A stretch of DNA of 64,000 nucleotides, taken from Patescibacteria group bacterium (GTDB lineage: Bacteria > Patescibacteriota > Minisyncoccia > Phycocordibacterales > UBA1550). Of the stretch, positions 31,624 through 40,402 are shown one piece after another. The notes under the pieces are model-generated. The model saw only the letters and a program-made list of their open reading frames with translations. It was not told where the DNA came from and did not search any database. Positions within the stretch are counted from its first letter, which is position 1. The number at the start of each line of letters is the position of its first letter. Location of the stretch: contig JBBTWP010000001.1 in assembly GCA_038062675.1 (NCBI GenBank), positions 48,920-112,919 of the forward strand, written 5' to 3'. Both the position numbers and the translations under genes were made by a program.

Positions 31624-32517
31624 ATGTGCGATGATATGGAGGATATGAAAAAAATACATCATAATGACAAAGCTGATGGCGGGGGTGTATGGGTCCTCAA
31701 GAATTCAGGCGAGCGAGAATTGTTTTCTTTAGAAAAACTCAAAAGGTCTCTCGTGCGATCTGGGGCGGATGCAAGTACCGTGGAACGTGTTGCGTCACAT
31801 ATTGTCCTAGAACTCAAGGACAATATGAAAACCTCGGCAATCTACCGCCACGCTTTCTCCATTCTTAAAAAGAATCAATATGTAGTTGCGCTTCGGTATA
31901 GTCTGCGTCGTGCGGTTGCCGATCTCGGTCCTAGTGGGTTTCCGTTTGAAAAGTTTGTTGCAGAAATTTTGAAGAGAAAAGGATATTCTACGCGAACGGG
32001 AATCATCTTGCCGGGGTTTTGTGTTTCTCATGAAGTTGATGTTCTTGCTGAAAAAGATAACAAACATATTTTTATTGAATGTAAATTCCATAATCAAGAG
32101 GGAATGAAAAGCGACGTAAAAGTGGCACTCTATGTGCATGCGCGGTTTCTCGATCTTCAAAAAGGTCACGAAAGAGGAGAACAATCTGCGTCAAGGATCC
32201 ATGAAGGGTGGCTCGTGACTAATACAAAACTCACTCATGATGCGATTCAGTATGCCAATTGCGCCGGACTCAACCTTATTGGTTGGGATTATCCTCACGA
32301 GGGGAACCTTCAAGATTTGATTTTAGAAACAGGAGTGCATCCACTCACATGCCTCATGAGTCTTTCGACTGCTCATAAAAACGAATTATTGCGACAGGGG
32401 ATTGTGATGTGCGTCGATCTCAAAAAGAAAGAGGAATCTTTGCAAAATCTCGGGCTTTCTCAGGAGAAAATTTCGAGTGTTATCAAGGAGGTGAATATGA
32501 TTTGTCGGGAAAACTAG
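31624..32517 (+). CDS. ATP-cone domain fused to Mrr-like restriction endonuclease domain
   Basis: N-terminal VWVLKNSGERELFSLEKLKRSL...VERVASHIVLEL is ATP-cone-like; C-terminal FEKFVAEILKRKGYS...HEVDVLAEKDNKHIFIECKFH is an Mrr_cat-like PD-(D/E)XK core. Confidence 0.6.
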   Translation: MCDDMEDMKKIHHNDKADGGGVWVLKNSGERELFSLEKLKRSLVRSGADASTVERVASHIVLELKDNMKTSAIYRHAFSILKKNQYVVALRYSLRRAVADLGPSGFPFEKFVAEILKRKGYSTRTGIILPGFCVSHEVDVLAEKDNKHIFIECKFHNQEGMKSDVKVALYVHARFLDLQKGHERGEQSASRIHEGWLVTNTKLTHDAIQYANCAGLNLIGWDYPHEGNLQDLILETGVHPLTCLMSLSTAHKNELLRQGIVMCVDLKKKEESLQNLGLSQEKISSVIKEVNMICREN

Positions 32518-32544
32518 ATTTTATTAGCGACGTAGAGCGAGCGA

Positions 32545-32578
32545 AATGAAAAGTGTAATCACTTCTCATTTCCGAGTC
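32545..32578 (+). other. 13-bp inverted repeat hairpin downstream of the Mrr-like gene
   Basis: cgaaatgaaaagtg-taat-cacttctcatttcg; no T-tract. Confidence 0.4.
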
Positions 32579-32620
32579 GAGGATCCTTTATTTATTCGGT
32601 ATATCTGATATTATAGACGT

Positions 32621-33094
32621 ATGGAATCAACAATCAATAACATCGATCTTATTATCAAGCTTGCGCTCGCATTGTTTTTGGGGATGTGTCTGGGTATTGA
32701 GCGCGTTGTTGCAGGAAAAATTGCCGGCATGCGCACCTATGGTCTGGTGACTATGGGGTCAGCTCTTTTTACTATCGTTGGGATTATTGCGGCGGGAGGA
32801 TATGAGTCAACTCTCGCAATCAAGGAATCTATACGTTTAACAGCACAAATTATCACTGGTATTGGGTTTATTGGTGCTGGTCTCATCATTTTTAATGGCG
32901 CAAAAGTTAGCGGAGTTACCACCGCCGCGGGGATTTGGGTTGCAGCCGGAGTTGGCGCGGCTACGGGGTATGGATTATATATTCTTGCAATTATTGCTAC
33001 TGTTTTTGCGCTCATTACATTCACAATTTTGTGGTATGTTGAGGACCGCCTTAAGATATTTATTCGTGCCGAAATAGCAGAGCGAGAAGAATAG
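32621..33094 (+). CDS. MgtC/SapB family membrane protein
   Basis: LALALFLGMCLGIERVVAGKIAGMRTYGLV MgtC signature. Confidence 0.75.
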   Translation: MESTINNIDLIIKLALALFLGMCLGIERVVAGKIAGMRTYGLVTMGSALFTIVGIIAAGGYESTLAIKESIRLTAQIITGIGFIGAGLIIFNGAKVSGVTTAAGIWVAAGVGAATGYGLYILAIIATVFALITFTILWYVEDRLKIFIRAEIAEREE

Positions 33095-33096
33095 TT

Positions 33097-33519
33097 ATGT
33101 GGATTGTCTATGCGTTTTTGTCAGCACTTACTGCCGCACTTGTGGCGATTTTTGCAAAGTTGGGATTGAAAAATATTGATGTTACGCTTGCCACTACAGT
33201 GCGCGCGATTATCATGGGTGTTTTTTTGATTATGGTGGCGATTGTGCTTCGAAAGTTTGATGGGTTTACCCTTGCGTCATTTTCGGTTCGTGAGTGGACA
33301 CTCATTACCTTGTCGGGTATTGCCGGAGCGCTCTCGTGGCTTTTTTATTTTTTCGCTCTCAAGACGGGAACAGCATCACAAGTGGTGGCAATCGACAAAT
33401 TGAGCGTGGTTTTCGTCGTTATTCTCGCCGTGATTTTTCTCGGCGAAGTACTTACATGGAAAACGGCACTCGGTGCGGTATTTATGGCAACAGGAGCAAT
33501 TTTAATGGTCTTAAAATAA
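33097..33519 (+). CDS. EamA-like small membrane transporter
   Basis: 140 aa with 4-5 TM segments in a single EamA domain. Confidence 0.55.
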   Translation: MWIVYAFLSALTAALVAIFAKLGLKNIDVTLATTVRAIIMGVFLIMVAIVLRKFDGFTLASFSVREWTLITLSGIAGALSWLFYFFALKTGTASQVVAIDKLSVVFVVILAVIFLGEVLTWKTALGAVFMATGAILMVLK

Positions 33520-33529
33520 AATCTACACT

Positions 33530-34033
33530 ATGAAAAAACAACAAGAGCTTCATCAACAAATCTGCGACCTGCATCTTCACACGCAAGGAGAGAAAGAATA
33601 CGGTGTGGCATATCGCGAGCATTTTCTTGAGCAATACAAGATCGCAATTCAAGGGATTGATTACACTAGCAAATGGAAGCATTTTGTAAATAATTATTTT
33701 CTCACTATTCATACAGTGCTTCTCGCTGCCATAGGGCTTTCTGTTGCGCGCGATCAAATCATGGCGCCTGTTCTGACACATCAAATTGTTCCGATTATTG
33801 GTGTATTTATGGCGACTGCATGGTGGGTCATGGTGCGAAGTTCCAATGATGTTTTGTCTGCAAAGTTCGCAATTCTTCATTGTATTGAGAAGCATTTACC
33901 ACTCGCAATCTACAAGACCGAATGGGAAATTCTTGGAGCTTTTTCTTCTGCTGCTCGTCGCATTGCCGTCATTGAAGCGATTGTCCCTTTTTTGTTTCTC
34001 GTGTTTTACGGGCTTATTTTAATTTTTTTGTAA
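33530..34033 (+). CDS. hypothetical membrane protein
   Basis: Three hydrophobic segments; no motif. Confidence 0.4.
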   Translation: MKKQQELHQQICDLHLHTQGEKEYGVAYREHFLEQYKIAIQGIDYTSKWKHFVNNYFLTIHTVLLAAIGLSVARDQIMAPVLTHQIVPIIGVFMATAWWVMVRSSNDVLSAKFAILHCIEKHLPLAIYKTEWEILGAFSSAARRIAVIEAIVPFLFLVFYGLILIFL

Positions 34034-34060
34034 AGTGATGGTAATTATATTAAGATAGAC

Positions 34061-35851
34061 ATGATGAATTCACAAGAAATTAGACAGCGATTTCTGGCAT
34101 TTTTTGAGAAGCGGGGGCACGCCATTATTCCCTCGTCACCCCTGGTGCCCGAAAATGACCCTTCAGTGCTTTTTAATACTGCAGGTATGCAACCGCTCGT
34201 GCCGTATCTCATGGGTTCACCCCACCCCAGCGGAGCGCGTCTCGCGGACGCACAGAAGTGTGTGCGCACGGGCGACATCGACGAAATCGGCGACAATACG
34301 CATGTCACCTTTTTTGAAATGCTTGGCAATTGGTCACTCGGCGATTATTTCAAAGACGAGTCTATCAAGTGGAGCTATGAACTTCTAACCTCAAAAGAAG
34401 AAGGGTTTGGGCTTGATCCCAAGCGTCTCTATGTGACGGTGTTTGAAGGGAATGATGATGCTCCGCGTGATGAAGAATCTGCTGCTATTTGGAAAAAGAT
34501 TTTTGCAGACGCAGGGATTTCTGGCGAGCGTATTTATTTTTTGCCCGCAAAGTCAAACTGGTGGAGCCCTGGCGACAATGGTCCCTGTGGTCCTGACACG
34601 GAAATGTTTTATGATGTGACGGGTAAACTGACTGATGGTATGACCAAGGAGGAATACCTTGCAGCCGACGAACGACAAGAGGTGGTAGAGGTCTGGAACA
34701 ATGTGTTCATGGAATACGAGAAAAAAGAGGGCAAGGTGGTAGGTAAACTTGCGCAAAAAAACGTAGATACGGGTTCTGGGCTCGAGCGTATCACGATGGC
34801 AATACAGGGCAAGAACAATATTTTTGATACAGATTTGTTTGTGCCGGTTATGGAGAAAATTAAATCGGGGGCAACGCACTACGACGAGCGGGCAGCGCGC
34901 ATTGTTGCTGACCATATTCGTACTGCGGTGTTTATGATTGGGGATGGAGTACGACCATCGAACACTGACCAAGGGTATATTTTGCGCCGACTTCTCCGCC
35001 GCGCTGTGCGCTTTGCGGATGTTCTGGGGATGCCACAAGGGACTCTTGTTGGTCTTGTGCCGGTATTCGCAGAAAAATACCAGGGAGTCTACAAAAATGT
35101 GGGAGCACAAATAGAGCTTGTCACCAATGAAATTCGTGGTGAGGAGGAGAAGTTCCGAAAGACGCTGGAGCGCGGGATAAAAGAATTTTCGAGGATTCCT
35201 CGCGGTGGTAGTGTGAGTGGGGTGCAAGCAAGTACTATGTTTACCACGTTTGGTTTTCCGTTTGAAATGATTACTGAACTTGCAAAAGAGTCAGGGATCA
35301 CCGTTGACGAAGTCGGTTTCCGTGAAGAAATGAAAAAACACCAAGAGCTTTCTCGCGCCGGTGCAGAGCAAAAATTCAAAGGCGGGCTTGCGGATGCAAA
35401 CGAGACGACGGTGATGCTCCACACTTCGACTCACCTCATGCTTGCAGGGTTGCGCAAATATCTCGGTGACCACGTGCATCAAGCGGGCTCAAACATAACA
35501 GTCGAGCGCACACGTTTCGACTTTACGCATCCGGAAAAGGTATCGCGCGAAACACTCGACAAAGTAGAAGCGTATGTGAATGAAGCAATTGCAAAGAAAT
35601 GTGGCGTAACGATTGAGCAAATGCCAAAAGGTGAGGCGCAAAAAAGGGGAGTTGAGGGGAGTTTTTGGGAAAAATATCCCGATGTGGTCAATGTGTATAT
35701 GGTCAAAGCTTCAGATGGCACTGTGTACTCGCAGGAGCTCTGTGGTGGCCCGCATGTCGAAAGTACCGCAACTATCAAGGGTACATTCAAAATCATCAAA
35801 GAAGAGGCAGTTTCGCAAGGTGTCCGTCGCGTGAAGGCAGTCTTGGTTTAA
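34061..35851 (+). CDS. alaS: alanyl-tRNA synthetase, short form lacking C-terminal domain
   Basis: Class II core (FNTAGMQP, GDYFKDE) and editing HxxxH...CGGPHV motifs; only 596 aa. Confidence 0.9.
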   Translation: MMNSQEIRQRFLAFFEKRGHAIIPSSPLVPENDPSVLFNTAGMQPLVPYLMGSPHPSGARLADAQKCVRTGDIDEIGDNTHVTFFEMLGNWSLGDYFKDESIKWSYELLTSKEEGFGLDPKRLYVTVFEGNDDAPRDEESAAIWKKIFADAGISGERIYFLPAKSNWWSPGDNGPCGPDTEMFYDVTGKLTDGMTKEEYLAADERQEVVEVWNNVFMEYEKKEGKVVGKLAQKNVDTGSGLERITMAIQGKNNIFDTDLFVPVMEKIKSGATHYDERAARIVADHIRTAVFMIGDGVRPSNTDQGYILRRLLRRAVRFADVLGMPQGTLVGLVPVFAEKYQGVYKNVGAQIELVTNEIRGEEEKFRKTLERGIKEFSRIPRGGSVSGVQASTMFTTFGFPFEMITELAKESGITVDEVGFREEMKKHQELSRAGAEQKFKGGLADANETTVMLHTSTHLMLAGLRKYLGDHVHQAGSNITVERTRFDFTHPEKVSRETLDKVEAYVNEAIAKKCGVTIEQMPKGEAQKRGVEGSFWEKYPDVVNVYMVKASDGTVYSQELCGGPHVESTATIKGTFKIIKEEAVSQGVRRVKAVLV

Positions 35852-35914
35852 AGGGCATTCTCCTTATTGTTTATGCACCTATCTCATGCCCGAGCATGCT
35901 ATAAGGTGTAAAAA

Positions 35915-35923
35915 GGGGGGGGG
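35915..35923 (+). repeat. G9 homopolymer abutting the -35 box
   Basis: aaaaGGGGGGGGGttgaca. Confidence 0.8.
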
Positions 35924-35952
35924 TTGACAAATGGTTTGCTAGGTGATATACT
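35924..35952 (+). promoter_or_regulatory. consensus sigma70 promoter TTGACA-17-TATACT
   Basis: Perfect -35 at 35924-35929, 17-nt spacer, TATACT at 35947-35952; about 120-nt leader to the ATG at 36074. Confidence 0.65.
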
Positions 35953-35989
35953 ATTAACAATCTATTAGGAGATCTCAATAGAGCACATT

Positions 35990-36022
35990 GCAGACGTTTG
36001 AGTTGTAATGTCTGTTCTTTTA
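35990..36022 (+). promoter_or_regulatory. terminator-like hairpin within the 5' leader (candidate attenuator)
   Basis: gcagacg...atgtctg stem followed by ttcttttaa. Confidence 0.35.
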
Positions 36023-36073
36023 AACCAAATCGACTGGCGATAAAATCAAAGGCGATATTGCGGAGGATTTACC

Positions 36074-36697
36074 ATGAACGTAAGGTTCTATTTTGGCAGC
36101 AGTAAAAAGGCAATTGCAACTTACTTAAAATTGGGCTCAGACGTCCAAGGACATTATGTTGCGAGCGACGCCGACCCAAGAGACCCGACATTTATCTTGC
36201 GTGAGGAATTGCGTGAGAACATCTCTTTCGTTTCATGCCTCGTCCATCACTCCATCGTATCAAAGTGGCGTCTTCCAGACGGTGTTTCTTTTTGCAATAT
36301 CCCAGGGGTGGTGATTATTCATGATGCCCATCGCATCCCCAACTCTGAAGCTATTGTTAAGGCGCCAACGTGGGAGGCTCTATGTTCAGTATTTGAACAG
36401 CTCGAGAATCCAGAGTTGGTATACACTATGCCAAGGTCTAAATATCTCCTTGAACGTGCTTTGGAAAAGCAAATCGCAGCAGAAAAGGTCATTAAGTGGC
36501 TTCAAATTGATTGCAGTTGGATGAGTCACCGCATTGAATCTGATACAAGCCGTGCCTTGTTGACAGAGAAGGAAATTGGTCGGTTGAAGGCAGAAGTCCA
36601 TCAGTTGAAGCAGGATTTGGCAATTGCTAACAAGCGACCGTGGCGACGGAGTGCGAATTTTGCAAAATCGATTTGGAATCGTATGTGTGTAGAATGA
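36074..36697 (+). CDS. hypothetical protein (alpha/beta N-domain plus C-terminal coiled coil)
   Basis: GCGGAGGA RBS; alternating beta-alpha pattern; C-terminal heptad LTEKEIGRLKAEVHQLKQDLAIANKR. Confidence 0.45.
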   Translation: MNVRFYFGSSKKAIATYLKLGSDVQGHYVASDADPRDPTFILREELRENISFVSCLVHHSIVSKWRLPDGVSFCNIPGVVIIHDAHRIPNSEAIVKAPTWEALCSVFEQLENPELVYTMPRSKYLLERALEKQIAAEKVIKWLQIDCSWMSHRIESDTSRALLTEKEIGRLKAEVHQLKQDLAIANKRPWRRSANFAKSIWNRMCVE

Positions 36698-36757
36698 TGG
36701 GGGGAGTATAACCCTCATCCCCATGGCGGCTTTCTTAGGAAGGTCGCCATTTTTTTG
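36696..36757 (+). terminator. tandem hairpins plus T-tract (terminator)
   Basis: atgggg...ccccat then atggcggc...ggtcgccat followed by T7. Confidence 0.6.
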
Positions 36758-36835
36758 TATCTCTGGGTTGTTATTCACACTTATTTGATTATTATCTTGA
36801 AATAAAATTATTGTGCGTGGTATACTGTAAGAGTA

Positions 36836-38020
36836 ATGGCTTTTTCTTTTTTTTCCGAATCTGAAGATAAATCTCTCGTCCTACTAGTGGATGTTGGGTC
36901 GGGGAGTGTTGGAGGTGCTCTGGTAAGAATTTCTGCGGGAAAACCACCGCACGTTCTTGCTACGGTGCGTCGTAATATTGAATTTCAAAACGCTCTTTCG
37001 TCTGCTCGGTTTCTTCTGACAATGAATAATGCACTCGAGCAGACACTCAAAGATCTTCAGGGGTTCGCGAAAGGGCATGGTGCGCCATCGCAGATTTTTT
37101 GTACCCTCTCATCTCCGTGGTTTATTCTCAAAACTCGGCACTTGCGCGTTGTTCGAGGAGAACCTTTTGAAGTCTCTGAGCGAGTGGTAAAAGAATTTCT
37201 GGATGAAGAGATTTTAAAGTTAAAAGAAGAACTCGCCCTCACATTGCCACCCAAAGAGGTTGAAGTTATTGAAAAGAAAATCATTCAAATGAAATTGAAT
37301 GGTTATGAGCTCAAAAATCCGTATGGTCAAAAAACCTCACAAATGGAAATGGTGGTTGCTATTGGGGTTTCGTCTACGCGAGTTGTTGCGAGCATCAAGC
37401 GAAAAATCGGGCAAATTTTTCATACAAAATCGCTTAGGTTTGGGTCGTTTCCCCTTGTGGCATTCAGCGCCCTTCGTGATATTTTCCCTAACGAAAGGAA
37501 TTTTTTGTTCTTGGACATTACGGGAGAAGCGACTGATGTGTCGCTGGTAGAGCGAGATGTATTGTTGGGGAATTCTCTGTTTCCGCGGGGGAGGAATTTT
37601 TTTGTTCGAGAAATCTCAACTGCGCTTCACACTGTACACGAAGAAGCGGAATCATTATTCAATATGCATGTGCGTGGTGAGCTTGCTGGGCCCAAAAAAG
37701 TTGCAGTTGCAGATATTATTGAGCGTAGTCGTGTTGAATGGTTGGACCGTTTCGAAAAGGCACTCGCAGTCCTCGCAGGAGAAGGCACGCTGCCCCGTAC
37801 GGTGTTCTTTCTTGCAGACGCTGATGTCGCCGCCTTTTTCTCGGAAGTCATCAATGGCGCACAGTCAAAGTTTTTACTTAACAATGGATTTGAGTCACGA
37901 TTCCTGGATGCACTCATCACTATGCAGTTTGTAGGTTTTGAAAGCGGAGTGATTCGTGACCCGTTTTTGGTTGTCCTAGCGCTCCTCGCTCACAAGGAAT
38001 TAACCGCTTCCGAATCCTAG
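36836..38020 (+). CDS. actin-like ATPase fold protein (ASKHA; FtsA/PilM-like)
   Basis: Phosphate-1-like LLVDVGSGSVGGALV and phosphate-2-like FLFLDITGEATDVSLV motifs. Confidence 0.4.
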   Translation: MAFSFFSESEDKSLVLLVDVGSGSVGGALVRISAGKPPHVLATVRRNIEFQNALSSARFLLTMNNALEQTLKDLQGFAKGHGAPSQIFCTLSSPWFILKTRHLRVVRGEPFEVSERVVKEFLDEEILKLKEELALTLPPKEVEVIEKKIIQMKLNGYELKNPYGQKTSQMEMVVAIGVSSTRVVASIKRKIGQIFHTKSLRFGSFPLVAFSALRDIFPNERNFLFLDITGEATDVSLVERDVLLGNSLFPRGRNFFVREISTALHTVHEEAESLFNMHVRGELAGPKKVAVADIIERSRVEWLDRFEKALAVLAGEGTLPRTVFFLADADVAAFFSEVINGAQSKFLLNNGFESRFLDALITMQFVGFESGVIRDPFLVVLALLAHKELTASES

Positions 38021-38041
38021 GAACACATTTATTTTACTACT

Positions 38042-39403
38042 ATGAGCAACGAACAACCACGAAAACCAATTCAAGATATCATGGTTCCTCACCAAGAGCT
38101 TCTTCGTCGACCGGTCTCCACAACAAGTCATGCTAATGTGGTTTTGAGTGCGCGCCCAAAAGAGCCTACTCCTCGCCGAATCGAAAACAACCCTTTTTTT
38201 GCGAAAAATACCGAACCGCGTGAACAGAAAAAAGCAAAAAAATCTGGTTTCTGGTTTCTGGTTCTAGGTGTTGTTGTGCTTCTTGCTGCATTGTTTGGGC
38301 TTGCGGTATTTTTTTCTTCCGCGAACATTGAACTTACTCCTATTTCTAAAAGTGTCGTGCTTGACCATGAATTTTCTGCAACCGCCAATCTGGACGGAGA
38401 TAACCTTGTGTTCGAGTTTGTGAGTTTTTCAGATGAGAAGACAAAAGAAATTCCCGCAACTGTGGAGCAGAAAATCCAGAAAAAAGCGTCAGGGAAGGTC
38501 CTCATCTATAATTCCTACAGTGCAACAAGTCAACGACTTATCAAAAACACTCGCCTCGAGTCTTCTGATCATAAGATTTTTCGAATTGATGAGTCTGTGG
38601 TTGTTCCGGGGGCAAAAGTGAGCACAAAAGCGGGGGAACGAGGCAAAATCGTAGAGCCGGGGAAGGTGGAGGTTGTTGTGTATGCAGATGTGCCCGGCAA
38701 AGAATATAATATTGGCTTGGGGGACTTCACAATTCCCGGATTCAAGGGCGATCCACGCTATACAAAGTTTACCGCACGTTCAAATCCAACCTCTCTTATT
38801 GGTGGAGGGTTTTCTGGCACCATAAAGGTTCCTTCCGAGTCCGCTGTAACGACAGCGCAAAATGAGCTCAGAGAAGAACTCAAGAAGAATGCGATTGATA
38901 AATCGCGCGCACAAATTCCTGAAAATAAATCCTTTTTTCCGGGGAGCGTTATTATGAAATTTGAAGAAGTCCCTCAAGATTTTTCAGCTGATTCGGTGGC
39001 AAAAATATCTCTTCGCGCCAGCACATCAATATTTTTCTTTGACACCGAGTCACTTACCAAAAAAATTATCGGAAAGGCGATTCCTCAAGAATCCGCAAAA
39101 CCTCTTGCCGTCTCTAGTATTGGATCAATCTCATTCGCATTCCTTGACCCTGTCGATAATGTGGTGCTCTCTGACTTAAAGCATGTTCGCTTTAAGCTCT
39201 CGGGGGAAGCGTCGTTTGTAGGAAATATCGATACTGAAAAATTGCGGGCACTTTTAGCGGGGAAAACAAGAGAAGAATCTTTTACGGTTATTAAAAATCA
39301 AAACAATGTTGAAAAAATGAATTTTATCATTCGGCCATTTTGGCAAAAGAGACTTCCTCTGGATCCTCAGAAAATATTTGTTAAAGTTTTGATCCCAAAC
39401 TAA
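38042..39403 (+). CDS. single-pass membrane protein with large extracytoplasmic domain
   Basis: Cytoplasmic N-terminus of about 75 aa, TM helix FWFLVLGVVVLLAALFGLAVFF, about 360-aa beta-rich external region. Confidence 0.4.
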   Translation: MSNEQPRKPIQDIMVPHQELLRRPVSTTSHANVVLSARPKEPTPRRIENNPFFAKNTEPREQKKAKKSGFWFLVLGVVVLLAALFGLAVFFSSANIELTPISKSVVLDHEFSATANLDGDNLVFEFVSFSDEKTKEIPATVEQKIQKKASGKVLIYNSYSATSQRLIKNTRLESSDHKIFRIDESVVVPGAKVSTKAGERGKIVEPGKVEVVVYADVPGKEYNIGLGDFTIPGFKGDPRYTKFTARSNPTSLIGGGFSGTIKVPSESAVTTAQNELREELKKNAIDKSRAQIPENKSFFPGSVIMKFEEVPQDFSADSVAKISLRASTSIFFFDTESLTKKIIGKAIPQESAKPLAVSSIGSISFAFLDPVDNVVLSDLKHVRFKLSGEASFVGNIDTEKLRALLAGKTREESFTVIKNQNNVEKMNFIIRPFWQKRLPLDPQKIFVKVLIPN

Positions 39404-39463
39404 TCTATTCGAGCGTTTACCTATTGACGGCGCAAGTATTATTTGATACCATAAAAGTTCGCA

Positions 39464-39682
39464 ATGGCAGAAACAGAAAAAGTTGAGGAATTAGTACAAG
39501 GGGAGGTCATCGAAGCCCTCCCCAGCACTATGTTTCGTGTTCAGTTTCCTGACGGAAACGTACTCATAAGTTACCTTGCGGGCAAGATGCGATTTAATCG
39601 TATCAAGGTTTTAGTGGGGGATAAAGTGTTTGTAAAAATTGACCCCTATGGCGGTAAAGGACGCATTGTAAAACGCCTTTAG
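39464..39682 (+). CDS. infA: translation initiation factor IF-1
   Basis: 72-aa S1-like OB fold (GKMRFNRIKVLVGDKV). Confidence 0.9.
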   Translation: MAETEKVEELVQGEVIEALPSTMFRVQFPDGNVLISYLAGKMRFNRIKVLVGDKVFVKIDPYGGKGRIVKRL

Positions 39683-39842
39683 TTTGCAGCACAAAAGGGG
39701 TTTTTGTAGAAACTTGGTCTATGGTATTGCATTTAATTTCAATTTGCTGTAGACTAGGAAAATCGTTTTGTTTAATGACCCCATTAGATTGCCGATCTTA
39801 GTAGTTTAGTTAGGTCGGGAGTCTAAGGGTTTTTTATGTGAT

Positions 39843-39956
39843 ATGAAAGTACGAGCATCAGTAAAAAAAATTTGTGTGAAATGCAAGACGGTCAAACGAG
39901 CCAATCGTGTTCGTGTTATTTGTGCTGACCCCCGCCACAAACAACGTCAAGGTTAA
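39843..39956 (+). CDS. rpmJ: 50S ribosomal protein L36
   Basis: [37 protein letters not shown]; below the ORF-track length cutoff, found by eye. Confidence 0.85.
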   Translation: MKVRASVKKICVKCKTVKRANRVRVICADPRHKQRQG

Positions 39957-39994
39957 GATTTTCATTATTACTAACACTATTATTTAGGTCATAT

Positions 39995-40375
39995 ATGCGT
40001 ATTCTTGGAGTTACAATACCGGATGAAAAACGATTGGAAATTAGCCTGACTTCCGTCTATGGCATCGGGCGTCCTCGTGCAAAAAAAATTCTTGACGAGG
40101 TGGCAATCGAATACAACAAGCGGGCAAAGGAGCTCACTCCGGACGAAGAAGGAAAAATTCGTAAAGCTATTGAAGTTTTCACTCTCGAAGGAGACCTTAA
40201 GCGAGAAATTTCAGTTTCCATTAAACGCTTGAAGGACATTAAGGCATATCGTGGAGTTCGCCACATGAAGAAACTTCCTGTTCGCGGACAACGCACCAAG
40301 ACAAATTCTCGAACGGTCCGCGGGAATATGCGCAAGACCATGGGTAGCGGTCGTCGCAAAGCCGAGAAGAAATAA
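39995..40375 (+). CDS. rpsM: 30S ribosomal protein S13
   Basis: MRILGVTIPDEKRLEISLTSVYGIGRPRAKKIL. Confidence 0.95.
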   Translation: MRILGVTIPDEKRLEISLTSVYGIGRPRAKKILDEVAIEYNKRAKELTPDEEGKIRKAIEVFTLEGDLKREISVSIKRLKDIKAYRGVRHMKKLPVRGQRTKTNSRTVRGNMRKTMGSGRRKAEKK

Positions 40376-40402
40376 ACATACCAAACAGCATACAATAGTA
40401 TT

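Noticed and set aside
39700-39842. tRNA or small RNA in the 160-bp infA-rpmJ spacer
   Set aside because: No cloverleaf-compatible stems or a T-loop consensus. Only weak AU-rich hairpins are present, so it probably holds just a promoter or terminator.
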